This document shows, piece by piece, positions 9,491 to 19,663 of a DNA stretch of 62,850 nt (positions within the stretch are counted from its first letter, which is position 1; each line of letters opens with the position of its first letter). The notes below the pieces were generated by a model. That model was not told the DNA's origin and did no database searches. It worked only from the letters and a program-made list of their open reading frames with translations. Source of the DNA: an uncultured Clostridium sp. (GTDB lineage Bacteria > Bacillota > Clostridia > TANB77 > CAG-508). The DNA is taken from assembly GCA_900553755.1 (NCBI GenBank), contig USEX01000004.1:1-62850 (forward strand), given 5' to 3'. The position numbers and the translations under genes were made by a program.

Positions 9491-10543
9491 CTAGTTGCCT
9501 TTAACCTTTTTCTTTAAATCTTTTGAATAATATATTAAATCAGTACAAGTTAGTTCTCCATCTTTTACTTCTTCTTTATAATTATCAATAAAAAAATTCT
9601 TTATTGTTTTTTCATATTTGTCAAAACCTTGTTTAACATAAAATGGAATGTTATTCTCTGATGTTCCAACTAACATCTTTTTATATTTTTGTTTATAATT
9701 ATCTGCTAAATATTTTAGCATTTTCTTTCCATATCCTTGTCCTCTATATATTTCTTTGGTTGCTATATTCTTTAATTCTATCGTTTCATCATCTATTCTT
9801 ATAACTACTGCAACACATGCCACATCATCTTTATATGTTAATACAAATAGTTCTCCATCTCTCAAATAATCGTTTATCATATCTTTACTTGGATCTGCTT
9901 CAAGTAATAAATCCATATACTGCTCTTTATTTTCTTTTTCTTTCTTTATAACAATACTTCTCTTTACTGGAAGAAACTCAAATCCCTCTGGTAATACTGG
10001 CTTTTCATTTGTGTGGGTTAAAATCATTTGTTCCTCGCTGAAAATGCAACCACAATAATGCTGTAAATATAATTGTAATTTTTTTGCTTCTTCATGTCCC
10101 TTCCAGAAACCAACTCTAAAATCTCTATATAAAAACTTTATTCCATATTCCTTACTTAAATCTTCCATGAGTTTCTTTATAAAATCATGCTTCTGATATA
10201 TGCTATATAATAAAGTGGTTGTTACTGCATCATAACCATGTTCTTTTGCATATTCAAATGTTTTCTTTAACCTTACAGGATAACAATAGTTCACACATCT
10301 TGCATTTAAATCTTTTACAGCTTCTTGGCAGAAAGCATCTAAGCCATATTCATCATCAAATACGGCTTGTACGTTCACTAATTTTGTATAATCTTTTAAA
10401 CAATCCCTACGTTTCTTATACTCTGAATATGGATGTATATTGGGATTGTACCAATATACTGTTGGTTCCATCCCTTCTGCTCTTAAACTTTCTATGCAAA
10501 ATACACTGCATGGTGCGCAACATGTATGCATTAACAATTTCAT
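9491..10543 (-). CDS. queH: Epoxyqueuosine reductase QueH (DUF208) fused to a C-terminal GNAT acetyltransferase domain
   Basis: The QueH cysteine motifs are LMHTCCAPCS and LQHYCGCIFSEE. The C-terminal ~150 aa contain VAVVIRIDDETIELKNIATKEIYRGQGYGKKMLKYL (GNAT motif A). Confidence 0.75.
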   Translation of the reverse strand: MKLLMHTCCAPCSVFCIESLRAEGMEPTVYWYNPNIHPYSEYKKRRDCLKDYTKLVNVQAVFDDEYGLDAFCQEAVKDLNARCVNYCYPVRLKKTFEYAKEHGYDAVTTTLLYSIYQKHDFIKKLMEDLSKEYGIKFLYRDFRVGFWKGHEEAKKLQLYLQHYCGCIFSEEQMILTHTNEKPVLPEGFEFLPVKRSIVIKKEKENKEQYMDLLLEADPSKDMINDYLRDGELFVLTYKDDVACVAVVIRIDDETIELKNIATKEIYRGQGYGKKMLKYLADNYKQKYKKMLVGTSENNIPFYVKQGFDKYEKTIKNFFIDNYKEEVKDGELTCTDLIYYSKDLKKKVKGN

Positions 10544-10558
10544 TTCGTATATTCTCCT

Positions 10559-12652
10559 TTATTCCCAAAACATCATGCTTTGAGATATATTATCATATTG
10601 CTCTGATGAAAAATATTCAGCATAGCTTGATTCAGATTTTATGGCCATAGCCATTGCTACACAAATACATGTAATTGTAGCTATCGTGCATACTATTTCA
10701 AATATTTTTCTAACTAATTCATTTTCTTTAATTAAATCATATATTAGTAGCATCATAGCAATTGCAGGCCATACTACCATCCAAGTATAATCTAAAGAAT
10801 ATCTTTCATAGCTTGCCGCTAATAAGGTTATCACAATTATCATTATTAATGCCACAATTAATGAATTTCTTATTAATCTCCATAATTTTACATTTGTATT
10901 CTTTATATGCTTTCTTAATATTGGAATAAATATTAGCAGTAATGTTATTGGTGTTGCCCAAAATGTTCCTACCCCTACATATCCGCATCCATAAAAGCCT
11001 AAATAAAGTGGTGTTACTGGTTGCATATGAATAAATGGAAAAGTAAGATTTATTAAAGGTGGATTAAATAGGTAATGCCATATTCCTATTGGAATAGTAG
11101 AATATCTATAACCTAAATTTATCATATCGTTTGACGTTAATTGATATGCAGCACCAAATTCTGTTATACTACCAAATCTAACGTAATTTAGTATCATCAT
11201 GCTAATTCCTATAATTCCATAAGGTAGAGCTATAGACAATATATATTTTACAAATTCTTTTTTAGTTGTTTTTGAATTATCATTCTTTAATTTCTTTATA
11301 AATTCTACAAACTTTTCTATAAATATCGGCAAAAATAGCAATGAGACTATTAATAAATTTGGTCTTGCATTTACTGCTAAAGCAGCAGATATACATCCTA
11401 TAGTTAAACATTTATAGTTTATTTTTTCTTTGTCAAATGCACAAGCTAAGAAATATACTGCTTGCATTATTAGCCAATATCCACATGAAGCAACAACTTC
11501 ATAAACCAAAGTTCTTCCTGTTAAATATAACAGAACACTTGAAAATAAAGCCGTTATCATTGAAAGTGTCATCATTCTTAAATTAACATTTTTAAAGAAT
11601 TTCTTTATAAGCTTTTCAACTGCTAGCAATGTGAATAGCGTACCTAGCAATGCAAATAATAAAACTTCGTATGCCACATTTATGTATTGCCCTGTTATAA
11701 GTCTAAATGGTATATTTACTAACAATTGTGGTAATATTGAAAAATACACATAATAATTTCCATCATAGTAAGCATAATCATATAAATAATTTATATTTTC
11801 CTTACTTCTAGCAGTTTCATCATATACATTTTCCATTTTGTCAAGCCTGCTATCTTTTTCAACTTGTAAACTTAAACTGCCATTAATTAATGAGTCCGTA
11901 TAATACTTTTCGTATACTATTGTTCTTGTTGTATCAAGATCAGTTACTATATTTTTGTTATCACTTTCCAAAATAGTTATACTTACCATTGCAATTATAT
12001 AAGTTAATAAAACAAGACTAACTACCATTGAATGATTTTTGTTTTTTGCATCATATTTTTCATTGAATACTTTTAAATTAAAGAATAAATATATTGCTGC
12101 TATTACTAAAAATACTATTAAAAATCTTGCGAAACTGAATCTGTAAGGCACACTAACATTAAATTCTATGTCTTTTAAGTTTATAATTTCATCTTTTTCT
12201 GCTTTTATTCGTATCATAATTGAATTAGTTTTTCCTGAAAGATGCAATATTCCAAATTGGCTTTTAGCAATTTGTTCATTAATAGTTTTCGTTGGTGTTT
12301 TTCTAAGATATTTGGAAGTTGCATCCGAATAGTATATAGTTACGTCCGTCTTTCTTTTTCCAATCTGATCATTTTTATGCTCTCTTGATATATCTAGCTT
12401 TATAGTGCCTGTTTGAATGTTTACGTTTTTTATTAGAATCAATGGATTATTCATTGTTGTCTTATACCTATTGTCACCTAAGCTTTCTAAACCTTCTAGA
12501 ATATCATCAGATATTTCTATTTTCTTATATGGATATTCTCCACTCATAAGCCTAAATGAATTAATATTAAAAACAACACCTTCTAAAAATATAGAAAACA
12601 ATAATATTATCAATAATCCTATAACAATTTTCTTATTCCAATTAATTTTCAT
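10559..12652 (-). CDS. Large polytopic membrane protein, putative GT-C-type (YfhO/ArnT-like) glycopolymer glycosyltransferase
   Basis: 697 aa with an N-terminal TM, a ~150 aa extracytoplasmic domain and more than 10 TM helices. The motif YYDGNYYVYFSILPQL is reminiscent of GT-C enzymes. It lies in the same gene string as a GtrB-like polyprenyl-P sugar synthase. Confidence 0.45.
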   Translation of the reverse strand: MKINWNKKIVIGLLIILLFSIFLEGVVFNINSFRLMSGEYPYKKIEISDDILEGLESLGDNRYKTTMNNPLILIKNVNIQTGTIKLDISREHKNDQIGKRKTDVTIYYSDATSKYLRKTPTKTINEQIAKSQFGILHLSGKTNSIMIRIKAEKDEIINLKDIEFNVSVPYRFSFARFLIVFLVIAAIYLFFNLKVFNEKYDAKNKNHSMVVSLVLLTYIIAMVSITILESDNKNIVTDLDTTRTIVYEKYYTDSLINGSLSLQVEKDSRLDKMENVYDETARSKENINYLYDYAYYDGNYYVYFSILPQLLVNIPFRLITGQYINVAYEVLLFALLGTLFTLLAVEKLIKKFFKNVNLRMMTLSMITALFSSVLLYLTGRTLVYEVVASCGYWLIMQAVYFLACAFDKEKINYKCLTIGCISAALAVNARPNLLIVSLLFLPIFIEKFVEFIKKLKNDNSKTTKKEFVKYILSIALPYGIIGISMMILNYVRFGSITEFGAAYQLTSNDMINLGYRYSTIPIGIWHYLFNPPLINLTFPFIHMQPVTPLYLGFYGCGYVGVGTFWATPITLLLIFIPILRKHIKNTNVKLWRLIRNSLIVALIMIIVITLLAASYERYSLDYTWMVVWPAIAMMLLIYDLIKENELVRKIFEIVCTIATITCICVAMAMAIKSESSYAEYFSSEQYDNISQSMMFWE

Positions 12653-12677
12653 ACTTTTCCCCTTTTGTTGACTCTAT

Positions 12678-13688
12678 CTAAATTCTAATTTGATGCTCTG
12701 CCCCAATATGTTCATATGCATCTGGTAATGGTACTCTACCTCTTGGAGTTCTCGCTATAAAACCTATTTGAATCAAATAAGGTTCATAAACATCCTCAAT
12801 AGTATCAATATCTTCCCCTACAGTAGTAGCTAATGTTTCTATTCCGATTGGTTTTCCTTCATATTTATTAATCATTACATCTAGTATTTTTCTATCTATT
12901 TTGTCCAGTCCAAGGCTATCTATTTCAAGCTTATCCAATCCTAATTTTGCAATAGATATATCTATTTTTCCATCTCCTACAACAATAGCATAATCTCTGA
13001 TTCTCTTTACAAGTCTATTTGCAATTCTAGGAGTTCCTCTTGACCTCCTTGCAATTTCTTCTATTGATTCTTTGTCTATTCCAACATTCAAAATCCCTGC
13101 TGTTCTTTTAATTATTGTTTTTAAATCTTCCAGACTATATAATTCTAACCTTTCCACTATTCCAAATCTATCTCTTAACGGTGTAGTAAGAGAACCAGCT
13201 TTTGTAGTAGCTCCAACTATTGTAAATTTAGGAAGATTTATTCTAATTGTATTTGCAGTTGGACCTTTGCCTATTATTATATCTAACTTATAATCTTCCA
13301 ATGCTGGATATAATATTTCTTCTATATTTCTATTTATTCTGTGTATTTCGTCTATAAATAAAATATCATTTTCTGATAATCCTGTAAGTAATGCTGCCAT
13401 ATCTCCAGGTTTTGTTATTGCTGGACCAGATGTAACTTTTATGTTTGAATGCATTTCATTTGCAATTATATTAGCCAAAGTTGTTTTTCCTAAGCCCGGT
13501 GGTCCATATAATAAAACATGATCTAGAGGCTCCCTTCTTTTCTTTGCAGCCTCTATATACACCTTCATATTTTCTTTAACTTTATTCTGTCCTATATATT
13601 CTCTCAAAAATTGTGGTCTTAAGCTTATTTCAAGCGTTTCTTCTAGCCCATCTTCTACTTCAGGATTAATAATATTTTGCTCTCTCAT
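12678..13688 (-). CDS. ruvB: Holliday junction branch-migration helicase RuvB
   Basis: [19 protein letters not shown], Walker [19 protein letters not shown] and ..[15 protein letters not shown] are present; the protein is full length at 336 aa. Confidence 0.97.
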   Translation of the reverse strand: MREQNIINPEVEDGLEETLEISLRPQFLREYIGQNKVKENMKVYIEAAKKRREPLDHVLLYGPPGLGKTTLANIIANEMHSNIKVTSGPAITKPGDMAALLTGLSENDILFIDEIHRINRNIEEILYPALEDYKLDIIIGKGPTANTIRINLPKFTIVGATTKAGSLTTPLRDRFGIVERLELYSLEDLKTIIKRTAGILNVGIDKESIEEIARRSRGTPRIANRLVKRIRDYAIVVGDGKIDISIAKLGLDKLEIDSLGLDKIDRKILDVMINKYEGKPIGIETLATTVGEDIDTIEDVYEPYLIQIGFIARTPRGRVPLPDAYEHIGAEHQIRI

Positions 13689-13707
13689 ATATTATAAATA
13701 ACCCTTT

Positions 13708-14652
13708 CTAATCATTATTTTCTCTTTTATCATTATACTCATTTACCAAATATAATGGTCTGTTTTTAGATTCGTTGAATATTCTGCCTAAATATTCTCC
13801 CATGATTCCTATCAATATTATTTGTACTCCAGAGAAGAATAATATTAATAAGATAATAGCCTGAAACGCTTGAATAGCAACATTTAATCTTATGCATTTA
13901 ATTATCACATATATAAAATATACTACTAAAGCTAAAAAAGTTGGTATACTAAGATATGTAGAAATTCTAAGTGGAGATGTTGTAAAAGCTGTTATTCCAT
14001 CTATTGCTAAATCTATTAATTTTTTATAATTCCATTTTGTTTTTCCTGCTATTCGTGGGTCTCTATCATAATAAATAGCTTTTTTATTGTACCCAATCCA
14101 GCTAAACATGCTCTTTGAGCATCTGCTTGTTTCCCTCATCTTTTTTAATGCATTCACGCATCTTCTATCTAGTAATCTAAAATCTCCTGTATCTTTTTGG
14201 ATTGGCACTTTTGTTAAGCTTTGCAACACTTTATAATACATTTTAGATGTAAATTTCTTTAGCCATGTTTCACCTTTCCTAGACTTTCTTTGGGCATATA
14301 CATCATCGTATCCTTCTTCCCATAGAGCTATCATTTCTGGAATTAACTCTGGCGGATCTTGTAAATCTGCATCCATTATTATTACACAATCGCCTGTTGC
14401 ATAGTCTAAACCTGCAATCATTCCTATTTCTTTTCCAAAATTTCTAGAAAAATCCACATAACTAACTCTATTATCTTTACTTCTTAATTCCTTTATTTCT
14501 TTTAATGTATTATCTTTGCTTCCATCATTAACAAAAAGAAGCTCAAATTCATAGTTTTCCATTTTATTCATAATTTTAGAAACTCGCTCATATAAGAAAG
14601 GTAAAGATTCTTCCTCATTGTATGCAGGTACTAATATTGTAATTTTCTTCAT
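13708..14652 (-). CDS. GT2 polyprenyl-phosphate glycosyltransferase (GtrB/CsbB/ArnC-like) with two C-terminal TM helices
   Basis: KITILVPAYNEEESL, VNDGSKDNT, IIMDADLQDPPELIP and a C-terminal TM pair are present. A GGAGA RBS precedes the MKKITIL start. Confidence 0.8.
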   Translation of the reverse strand: MKKITILVPAYNEEESLPFLYERVSKIMNKMENYEFELLFVNDGSKDNTLKEIKELRSKDNRVSYVDFSRNFGKEIGMIAGLDYATGDCVIIMDADLQDPPELIPEMIALWEEGYDDVYAQRKSRKGETWLKKFTSKMYYKVLQSLTKVPIQKDTGDFRLLDRRCVNALKKMRETSRCSKSMFSWIGYNKKAIYYDRDPRIAGKTKWNYKKLIDLAIDGITAFTTSPLRISTYLSIPTFLALVVYFIYVIIKCIRLNVAIQAFQAIILLILFFSGVQIILIGIMGEYLGRIFNESKNRPLYLVNEYNDKRENND

Positions 14653-14653
14653 A

Positions 14654-15761
14654 TTATTCTCCTTTGCCCTGATTGTTTTCCTCATCATTAAACAATCCTA
14701 GTTGTTTTATATCTTTATATCCTATTGCTATAATTGCAACTACAAGTAAAGCAAATGATATTGCTTTCCAAATTCCGCTATCTAAAAGTATTACAGCTGT
14801 CATACCTAATATTGCAGTTATTCCATAGAGGATTAGCACTGATTGTTTTTGTGAAAATCCTTTTGCCATTAGTCTATGATGTAAATGTCCCTTATCTGCT
14901 TTGAATACACCTTTTATTGACTTTGTTTTTACTATTCTTCTAATAATTGCCCACAAAGTATCAAATATTGGCAAGGCAAGTACTATGATAGGAGCTATTA
15001 AGACTATAGCTGTATAAGTTTTAGCTACTCCTAATATTGATATTATTGAAAGTGCAAAGCCCATAAAGTTCGAACCAACGTCCCCAATAAATGTTTTCGC
15101 TGGATTAAAATTGTATGGTAAGAATCCAACTATCGAACCAGCTAATGCTGTGATTAATACTATAGCTATTAGAGGAGATTCATTTAATGCAAAAATTATT
15201 AATAGAGATATACACGAAATTAATGTAATCCCTGAAGATAATCCATCAAGTCCATCTATTAAATTTATCGCATTTGTAATTCCAACTATCCATCCTATAG
15301 TTATGATATAGCTAAATACTTCATTTAACACAATACTATTTTCTTTAAAAGGTATTGTAAAATTATCTATAAGAACCCCACTCTGAACAACAACAATAGC
15401 AGCTAGGGTTTGTCCTGCTAACTTGGTTAATGGTTTTATTCCTTTCACATCATCTATATAACATGTGATTCCAAGAATAATCATTCCTAGCAATACGCCT
15501 ATCAATTTTATATATAAATTATCTCCTAGAAAATTAATTTTCCCTTCTATTGCCATAGATATAATTAAATATATCATGGATACTAAAAAGCCTGATATAA
15601 CTGCTAGTCCGCCCCAGCCTTGGCATTGGTTTTTTATTTACTCTTCTGTCACTAGGTACGTCTACAGCACCTACTTTTCTAGCTAATCTTATTGTATACG
15701 GTGTTATTACAAATGCTGTTATAAATGCTAATAAGAATGCAATAGCGATATCTCCCCACAT
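14654..15761 (-). pseudogene. tagO: MraY/WecA-family polyprenyl-phosphate HexNAc-1-phosphate transferase (TagO/WecA-like), split into ORFs 15534-15761 and 14654-15577 by one extra C (minus-strand C at 15611)
   Basis: The N-terminus is ..FVITPYTIRLARKVGAVDVPSDRRVNKKPMPRLG. Skipping the C continues with GLAVISGFLVSMIYLII.. and restores the conserved PRLGGLA motif. Downstream motifs NAINLIDGLDGL and HLHHRL are present. Confidence 0.85.
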
Positions 15762-15783
15762 ACATTATTCCTCACTTTTAAAT

Positions 15784-16659
15784 TTAATGTTTTCTCTTTC
15801 TACTTTTCTTGGCAAATAATAATATAACCATTACCAAAAGTACTACAGCTATAATCCCGATTACTATATTTTTGTTGTATGGTTCCTTATCAATTGCTCC
15901 ATTTGCCATCAAACTATACTGTTTATTTACTTGCACTTTGTAAATAGTTTCATTGCCATCATCATCTGTTACTTTTATTCTTATTGTATTTGGACCTTCC
16001 TTTAACTCTTCAGGATTATCTTCAATTGTTATCTTAGAATTTGTTTTATTAGCTACAGCTTCTACTTCTATTTTTGTAATAGTGTAAGAAACTTCGCAAC
16101 TATATGCAAAAATATCTGAAGAAAAATCTATATTTAAACCTACATCTTGCTTTTCTCCGTCTTTATCAACAGCTTTAATTTTTAAAGATGAAAGTTTTAA
16201 TTCCTCATTATCTATTTTCTTTATAACTTTAATAAAATATGCTCTTTCAGTTCCATTTTCTGCTTTTACACTTATTCTAAAATTATTTTCACCAGTTTGT
16301 AACTCTACTTCACCTGTTCCAGTAACTGTCGCTCTATCATCATCTGTTTTAGCTTGTATATTAATTTTCTTTGCCGTTATTTCTCCATCTATACTATAAT
16401 TTATTGTTTGCTTATCAAAAGTTGGGCTTATTTTATAACCTTCTACAGATAATTCTGATAAAAAGTTGTTACTAGATTTTCCCGCATTTTCTTGGTCTTC
16501 TTTTTCCTGTTGTTTTAATTCTTCATTAGCCTGCTCATCTGCCATCTCATCATCAAATTCCACCATGCTTGTTGCAATGATATTACTTGAAAATACAAGT
16601 AATATCATTGCACATATTATTGATATTATAAACATTTTATTTATATTTATTTTTTTCAT
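15784..16659 (-). CDS. Surface protein with two cadherin-like beta-sandwich domains, a signal peptide and a C-terminal TM anchor
   Basis: It has a signal peptide, two copies of the LSELSVEGYKISPTFDKQTINYSI/LSSLKIKAV pattern, and the C-terminal anchor IVIGIIAVVLLVMVILLFAKKSRKRKH. Confidence 0.65.
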   Translation of the reverse strand: MKKININKMFIISIICAMILLVFSSNIIATSMVEFDDEMADEQANEELKQQEKEDQENAGKSSNNFLSELSVEGYKISPTFDKQTINYSIDGEITAKKINIQAKTDDDRATVTGTGEVELQTGENNFRISVKAENGTERAYFIKVIKKIDNEELKLSSLKIKAVDKDGEKQDVGLNIDFSSDIFAYSCEVSYTITKIEVEAVANKTNSKITIEDNPEELKEGPNTIRIKVTDDDGNETIYKVQVNKQYSLMANGAIDKEPYNKNIVIGIIAVVLLVMVILLFAKKSRKRKH

Positions 16660-16681
16660 TTTTACCTCTCTTAAAATATGG

Positions 16682-19513
16682 TTAGTTTATTTTTGTTAAG
16701 TATCTACTTGGTATAAATACCTGTGTTCCACTAGAAAGTACTACTCTGCTCCAATCATATCCATCTATATTTTTATAAGTAGAATCATCTATAACCGTTA
16801 CTTCAACACCATCTGAAAGTGCTGTTACCTTATCTAATCTAGTACTTGGACCAATTCTTACATTGCATCCATCTCCATCGTTAGTCTTTACTTTTGCTTT
16901 ATAGTTGCATGTCTTTACATCATCAATTTGTTCTAGATATGTTCCAGATACATATCCAATTAATCCATCTGTTGTAATAATTTGTTGCCAATTAGAATTA
17001 ATTCCTCTTTTTACTGATAATAGCACTGTTCCAGCATTTGGTAATTCTCTCAATATCTTTGAATCAGTTGAAGCATCTTCTCTTATACGGATTGATGTAC
17101 CTGTTGTTTTTACATTCATTGCATAGCTTTCTTGATTATTTTTAGGAATAGGTGAAAGTTCCTTATCCATTCCCTCATATAAAGGTATTTGGAATGTAAA
17201 ATTAGATCCCAATTTCCCTGTATTAGCATATGAGCTTCTTAGTATTCTTGCTTCACTATATGCTCCCATTAGATTTTGCATATATTGGTGAGTATATAAT
17301 GATGTTCCATTTGTTGAATCTATATCAAATCTATTTTGATACAATGTATTTTGATAATTATTTAACCAGTTTTCTTTGCATATCTTAATTCCACCTTCAA
17401 GAGCTTTTACCATTGTATCCCAGCCATTTCTCTTAGCTGTGGCTAGCGCATTGTTATAAACTTCTGTTAAAGAATCACCTGTAGCTCCTATGTTAAATGG
17501 ATTATAGTAATACTTACCATTTCCTGCATTCATTTTATGCGTTCCACTCTTAGGATTTGTTCCATTTTCTTGGAATAATCTAGCTATTATGTAATATGGA
17601 TTTACATTTTGGTTTAGGCAAGCTGTATTAATATCTGTTGCATAATCTGCTAAAAATGAATTAGCAACCTTTGATTTTAAGCCTTCTAATGTGCAAGCTC
17701 CTTCTAAGTATTCATTAACATCTTGGAATTGGAATACATCTGTATCATTTAAGAAATTACGTGGATCCATGTAGTATGCTATAGCCTTTTCAGATGCTCC
17801 ATACCATCCTGTATCATATAATGTTGTTCCAGAAATCCATTCTCCACCATAATCTGTTGGAACAAGATTTCTTTTTCTTACTTGATATTCTCCAGCTACT
17901 GCATCACTGAATTTTATTCCTGTATATAAAAATTCAAAATTCCAATTTGGATGTGCATTCATAAGTGCAGATATTTTTTCTTTGTATCCAGGATATTTGT
18001 TTTCGTCCAGACTTTCAAGTACATTTATTGGTTTCACAAATTTAAATTTTTGTGCATTTGAGTTATTTCCGTAGCAAACCTGTATATTTGTACCATTTGC
18101 TGCTATTCCATTTGCTGCATCAAGATATAATCCATTACATTTTGATATTAAATAATAATATCCATTACCTGCATTTTTTATTATCCATTTTTGTGCATCT
18201 GAATTATTTGGTGTGCATTGCCATACATTCGTACCTGCCGTTTTTCCCCCATTTGCTACATCTAAAACTTTAGAAGAATGGGCAGCTGTTATTGTGTAAT
18301 ATCCATTGCCTAAATATTTAACTGTAAAACGTTGCCTTGTAACAGACTTTTTTGAATATAATTGAACATTAGCTCCACTTATATTAGAACCATCTGCTAC
18401 ATCTAGTACATATCCACTATTAATTCCAGACTCTATCTGATAGGTACCATCTTCTATTGTTTTTGTTCCTGCTAGCTCTGAATATTTTTCAAATTTAAAT
18501 TTCTGTGCATTTGAATTATTTCCATAGCAAACTTGTACATTTGTACCATTTGCTGCTACTCCGTTCGCTACATCAAGATATAATCCATTACATTTTGATA
18601 TTAAATAATAATATCCATTTCCTGCATCCTTTATTATCCATTTTTGTGCATCTGAATTATTTGGTGTACATTGCCATACATTCGTACCTGCCGTTTTTCC
18701 TCCATTTGCCACATCCAATACCTTGTTTGAATGCTTAGCTGTAATAGTATAATACCCATTACCTAAATATTTCACTACAAAACGTTGTTGATTTTTAGAA
18801 GCATTTTTATATAATTGAACATTGGCTCCACTTACATTTGAACCATTTAATACATCCAATACATATCCATTATTTATTCCTGATTTTATTACATATGTTC
18901 CATCTTCTATTGTTTTTGTTCCTGTTGGAGTATTACTTGTAGAATCATTATTGCTTTGTACTTTTTCAAATTTAAATTTCTGTGCATTTGAATTATTTCC
19001 ATAGCAAACTTGTATATTTGTACCATTTGCTGCTACTCCATTCGCTGCATCTAGATATAGTCCATTACATTTTGATATTAAATAATAATATCCATTTCCT
19101 GCATCCTTTATTACCCATTTTTGTGCATCTGAATTATTTGGTGTGCATTGCCATACATTTGTGCCTGCTGTTTTTCCTCCATTTGCTACATCTAAGACTT
19201 TGCTTGAATGCTTAGCGGTAATAGTATAATACCCATTATCTAAGTATTTTACTATAAAACGTTGTTGGTCTACTGAAGCATTTTTATATAGTTGAACATT
19301 GCCCCCACTTACTTTCGAAGCTCCCACTACATCCAATACATAATCGTTATTTACCGCAGATTTTATCACATATGTTCCATCTTCTATTATCTTATTTTCT
19401 GCCACTACTTTTTCCAAACTTATATCTCTTGTTTTGTAATTTGCATTGCTAGTAGCTCCTGCCACAGATAGTAATATTAACATTATTGCTATTACTTTTA
19501 TATATCTTCTCAT
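16682..19513 (-). CDS. Cell-wall hydrolase: signal peptide + 3 ricin-B/CBM13-type lectin domains + GH73-like N-acetylglucosaminidase + 2 SH3-like domains
   Basis: Three ~150 aa repeats (IEDGTY.I.S..N..YVLDV...S..GANVQLY.....QQRF.VKYL.NGYYTITA.HS.KVLDVANGGKTAGTNVWQC..NNSDAQKW.IK.AGNGYYYLISKCNGLYLD.ANG.AANGTN.QVCYGNNSNAQKFKFEK) carry Q-x-W/F motifs. These are followed by a glucosaminidase-like core (NPYYIIARLFQENG..YYNPFNIGA) and two SH3_3-like C-terminal units. Confidence 0.8.
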   Translation of the reverse strand: MRRYIKVIAIMLILLSVAGATSNANYKTRDISLEKVVAENKIIEDGTYVIKSAVNNDYVLDVVGASKVSGGNVQLYKNASVDQQRFIVKYLDNGYYTITAKHSSKVLDVANGGKTAGTNVWQCTPNNSDAQKWVIKDAGNGYYYLISKCNGLYLDAANGVAANGTNIQVCYGNNSNAQKFKFEKVQSNNDSTSNTPTGTKTIEDGTYVIKSGINNGYVLDVLNGSNVSGANVQLYKNASKNQQRFVVKYLGNGYYTITAKHSNKVLDVANGGKTAGTNVWQCTPNNSDAQKWIIKDAGNGYYYLISKCNGLYLDVANGVAANGTNVQVCYGNNSNAQKFKFEKYSELAGTKTIEDGTYQIESGINSGYVLDVADGSNISGANVQLYSKKSVTRQRFTVKYLGNGYYTITAAHSSKVLDVANGGKTAGTNVWQCTPNNSDAQKWIIKNAGNGYYYLISKCNGLYLDAANGIAANGTNIQVCYGNNSNAQKFKFVKPINVLESLDENKYPGYKEKISALMNAHPNWNFEFLYTGIKFSDAVAGEYQVRKRNLVPTDYGGEWISGTTLYDTGWYGASEKAIAYYMDPRNFLNDTDVFQFQDVNEYLEGACTLEGLKSKVANSFLADYATDINTACLNQNVNPYYIIARLFQENGTNPKSGTHKMNAGNGKYYYNPFNIGATGDSLTEVYNNALATAKRNGWDTMVKALEGGIKICKENWLNNYQNTLYQNRFDIDSTNGTSLYTHQYMQNLMGAYSEARILRSSYANTGKLGSNFTFQIPLYEGMDKELSPIPKNNQESYAMNVKTTGTSIRIREDASTDSKILRELPNAGTVLLSVKRGINSNWQQIITTDGLIGYVSGTYLEQIDDVKTCNYKAKVKTNDGDGCNVRIGPSTRLDKVTALSDGVEVTVIDDSTYKNIDGYDWSRVVLSSGTQVFIPSRYLTKIN
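18030..19390. repeat. Three tandem near-identical ~450-480 bp DNA repeats encoding the lectin domains
   Basis: The antisense shadow ORFs at 18052, 18505 and 18982 have almost identical translations, giving periods of 453 and 477 nt. Confidence 0.85.
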
Positions 19514-19624
19514 ATGTATCTCTCCTTTTGTCTTATTCTCGCTTTATTGTATCATGAAACTTGTAAAAAAGGAACATATTTTGTCATTTTTTTCTTGCTA
19601 TTTTTTACTAGTTTTGCAAAAAAT

Positions 19625-19654
19625 ATCTACCTAAAAATTATTTTCTAGGTAGAT
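19625..19654 (-). terminator. Hairpin terminator downstream of the FAD oxidoreductase gene
   Basis: ATCTACCTA..(loop)..TAGGTAGAT with T-runs on both sides. Confidence 0.6.
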
Positions 19655-19663
19655 TTTTTTCAA

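Noticed and set aside
18052-19215. Three similar plus-strand ORFs (MHL.YF.SK.V.LYHLLL...) that might be taken for a repeated small-protein family.
   Set aside because: They are antisense translations of the three lectin-domain DNA repeats in the autolysin gene.
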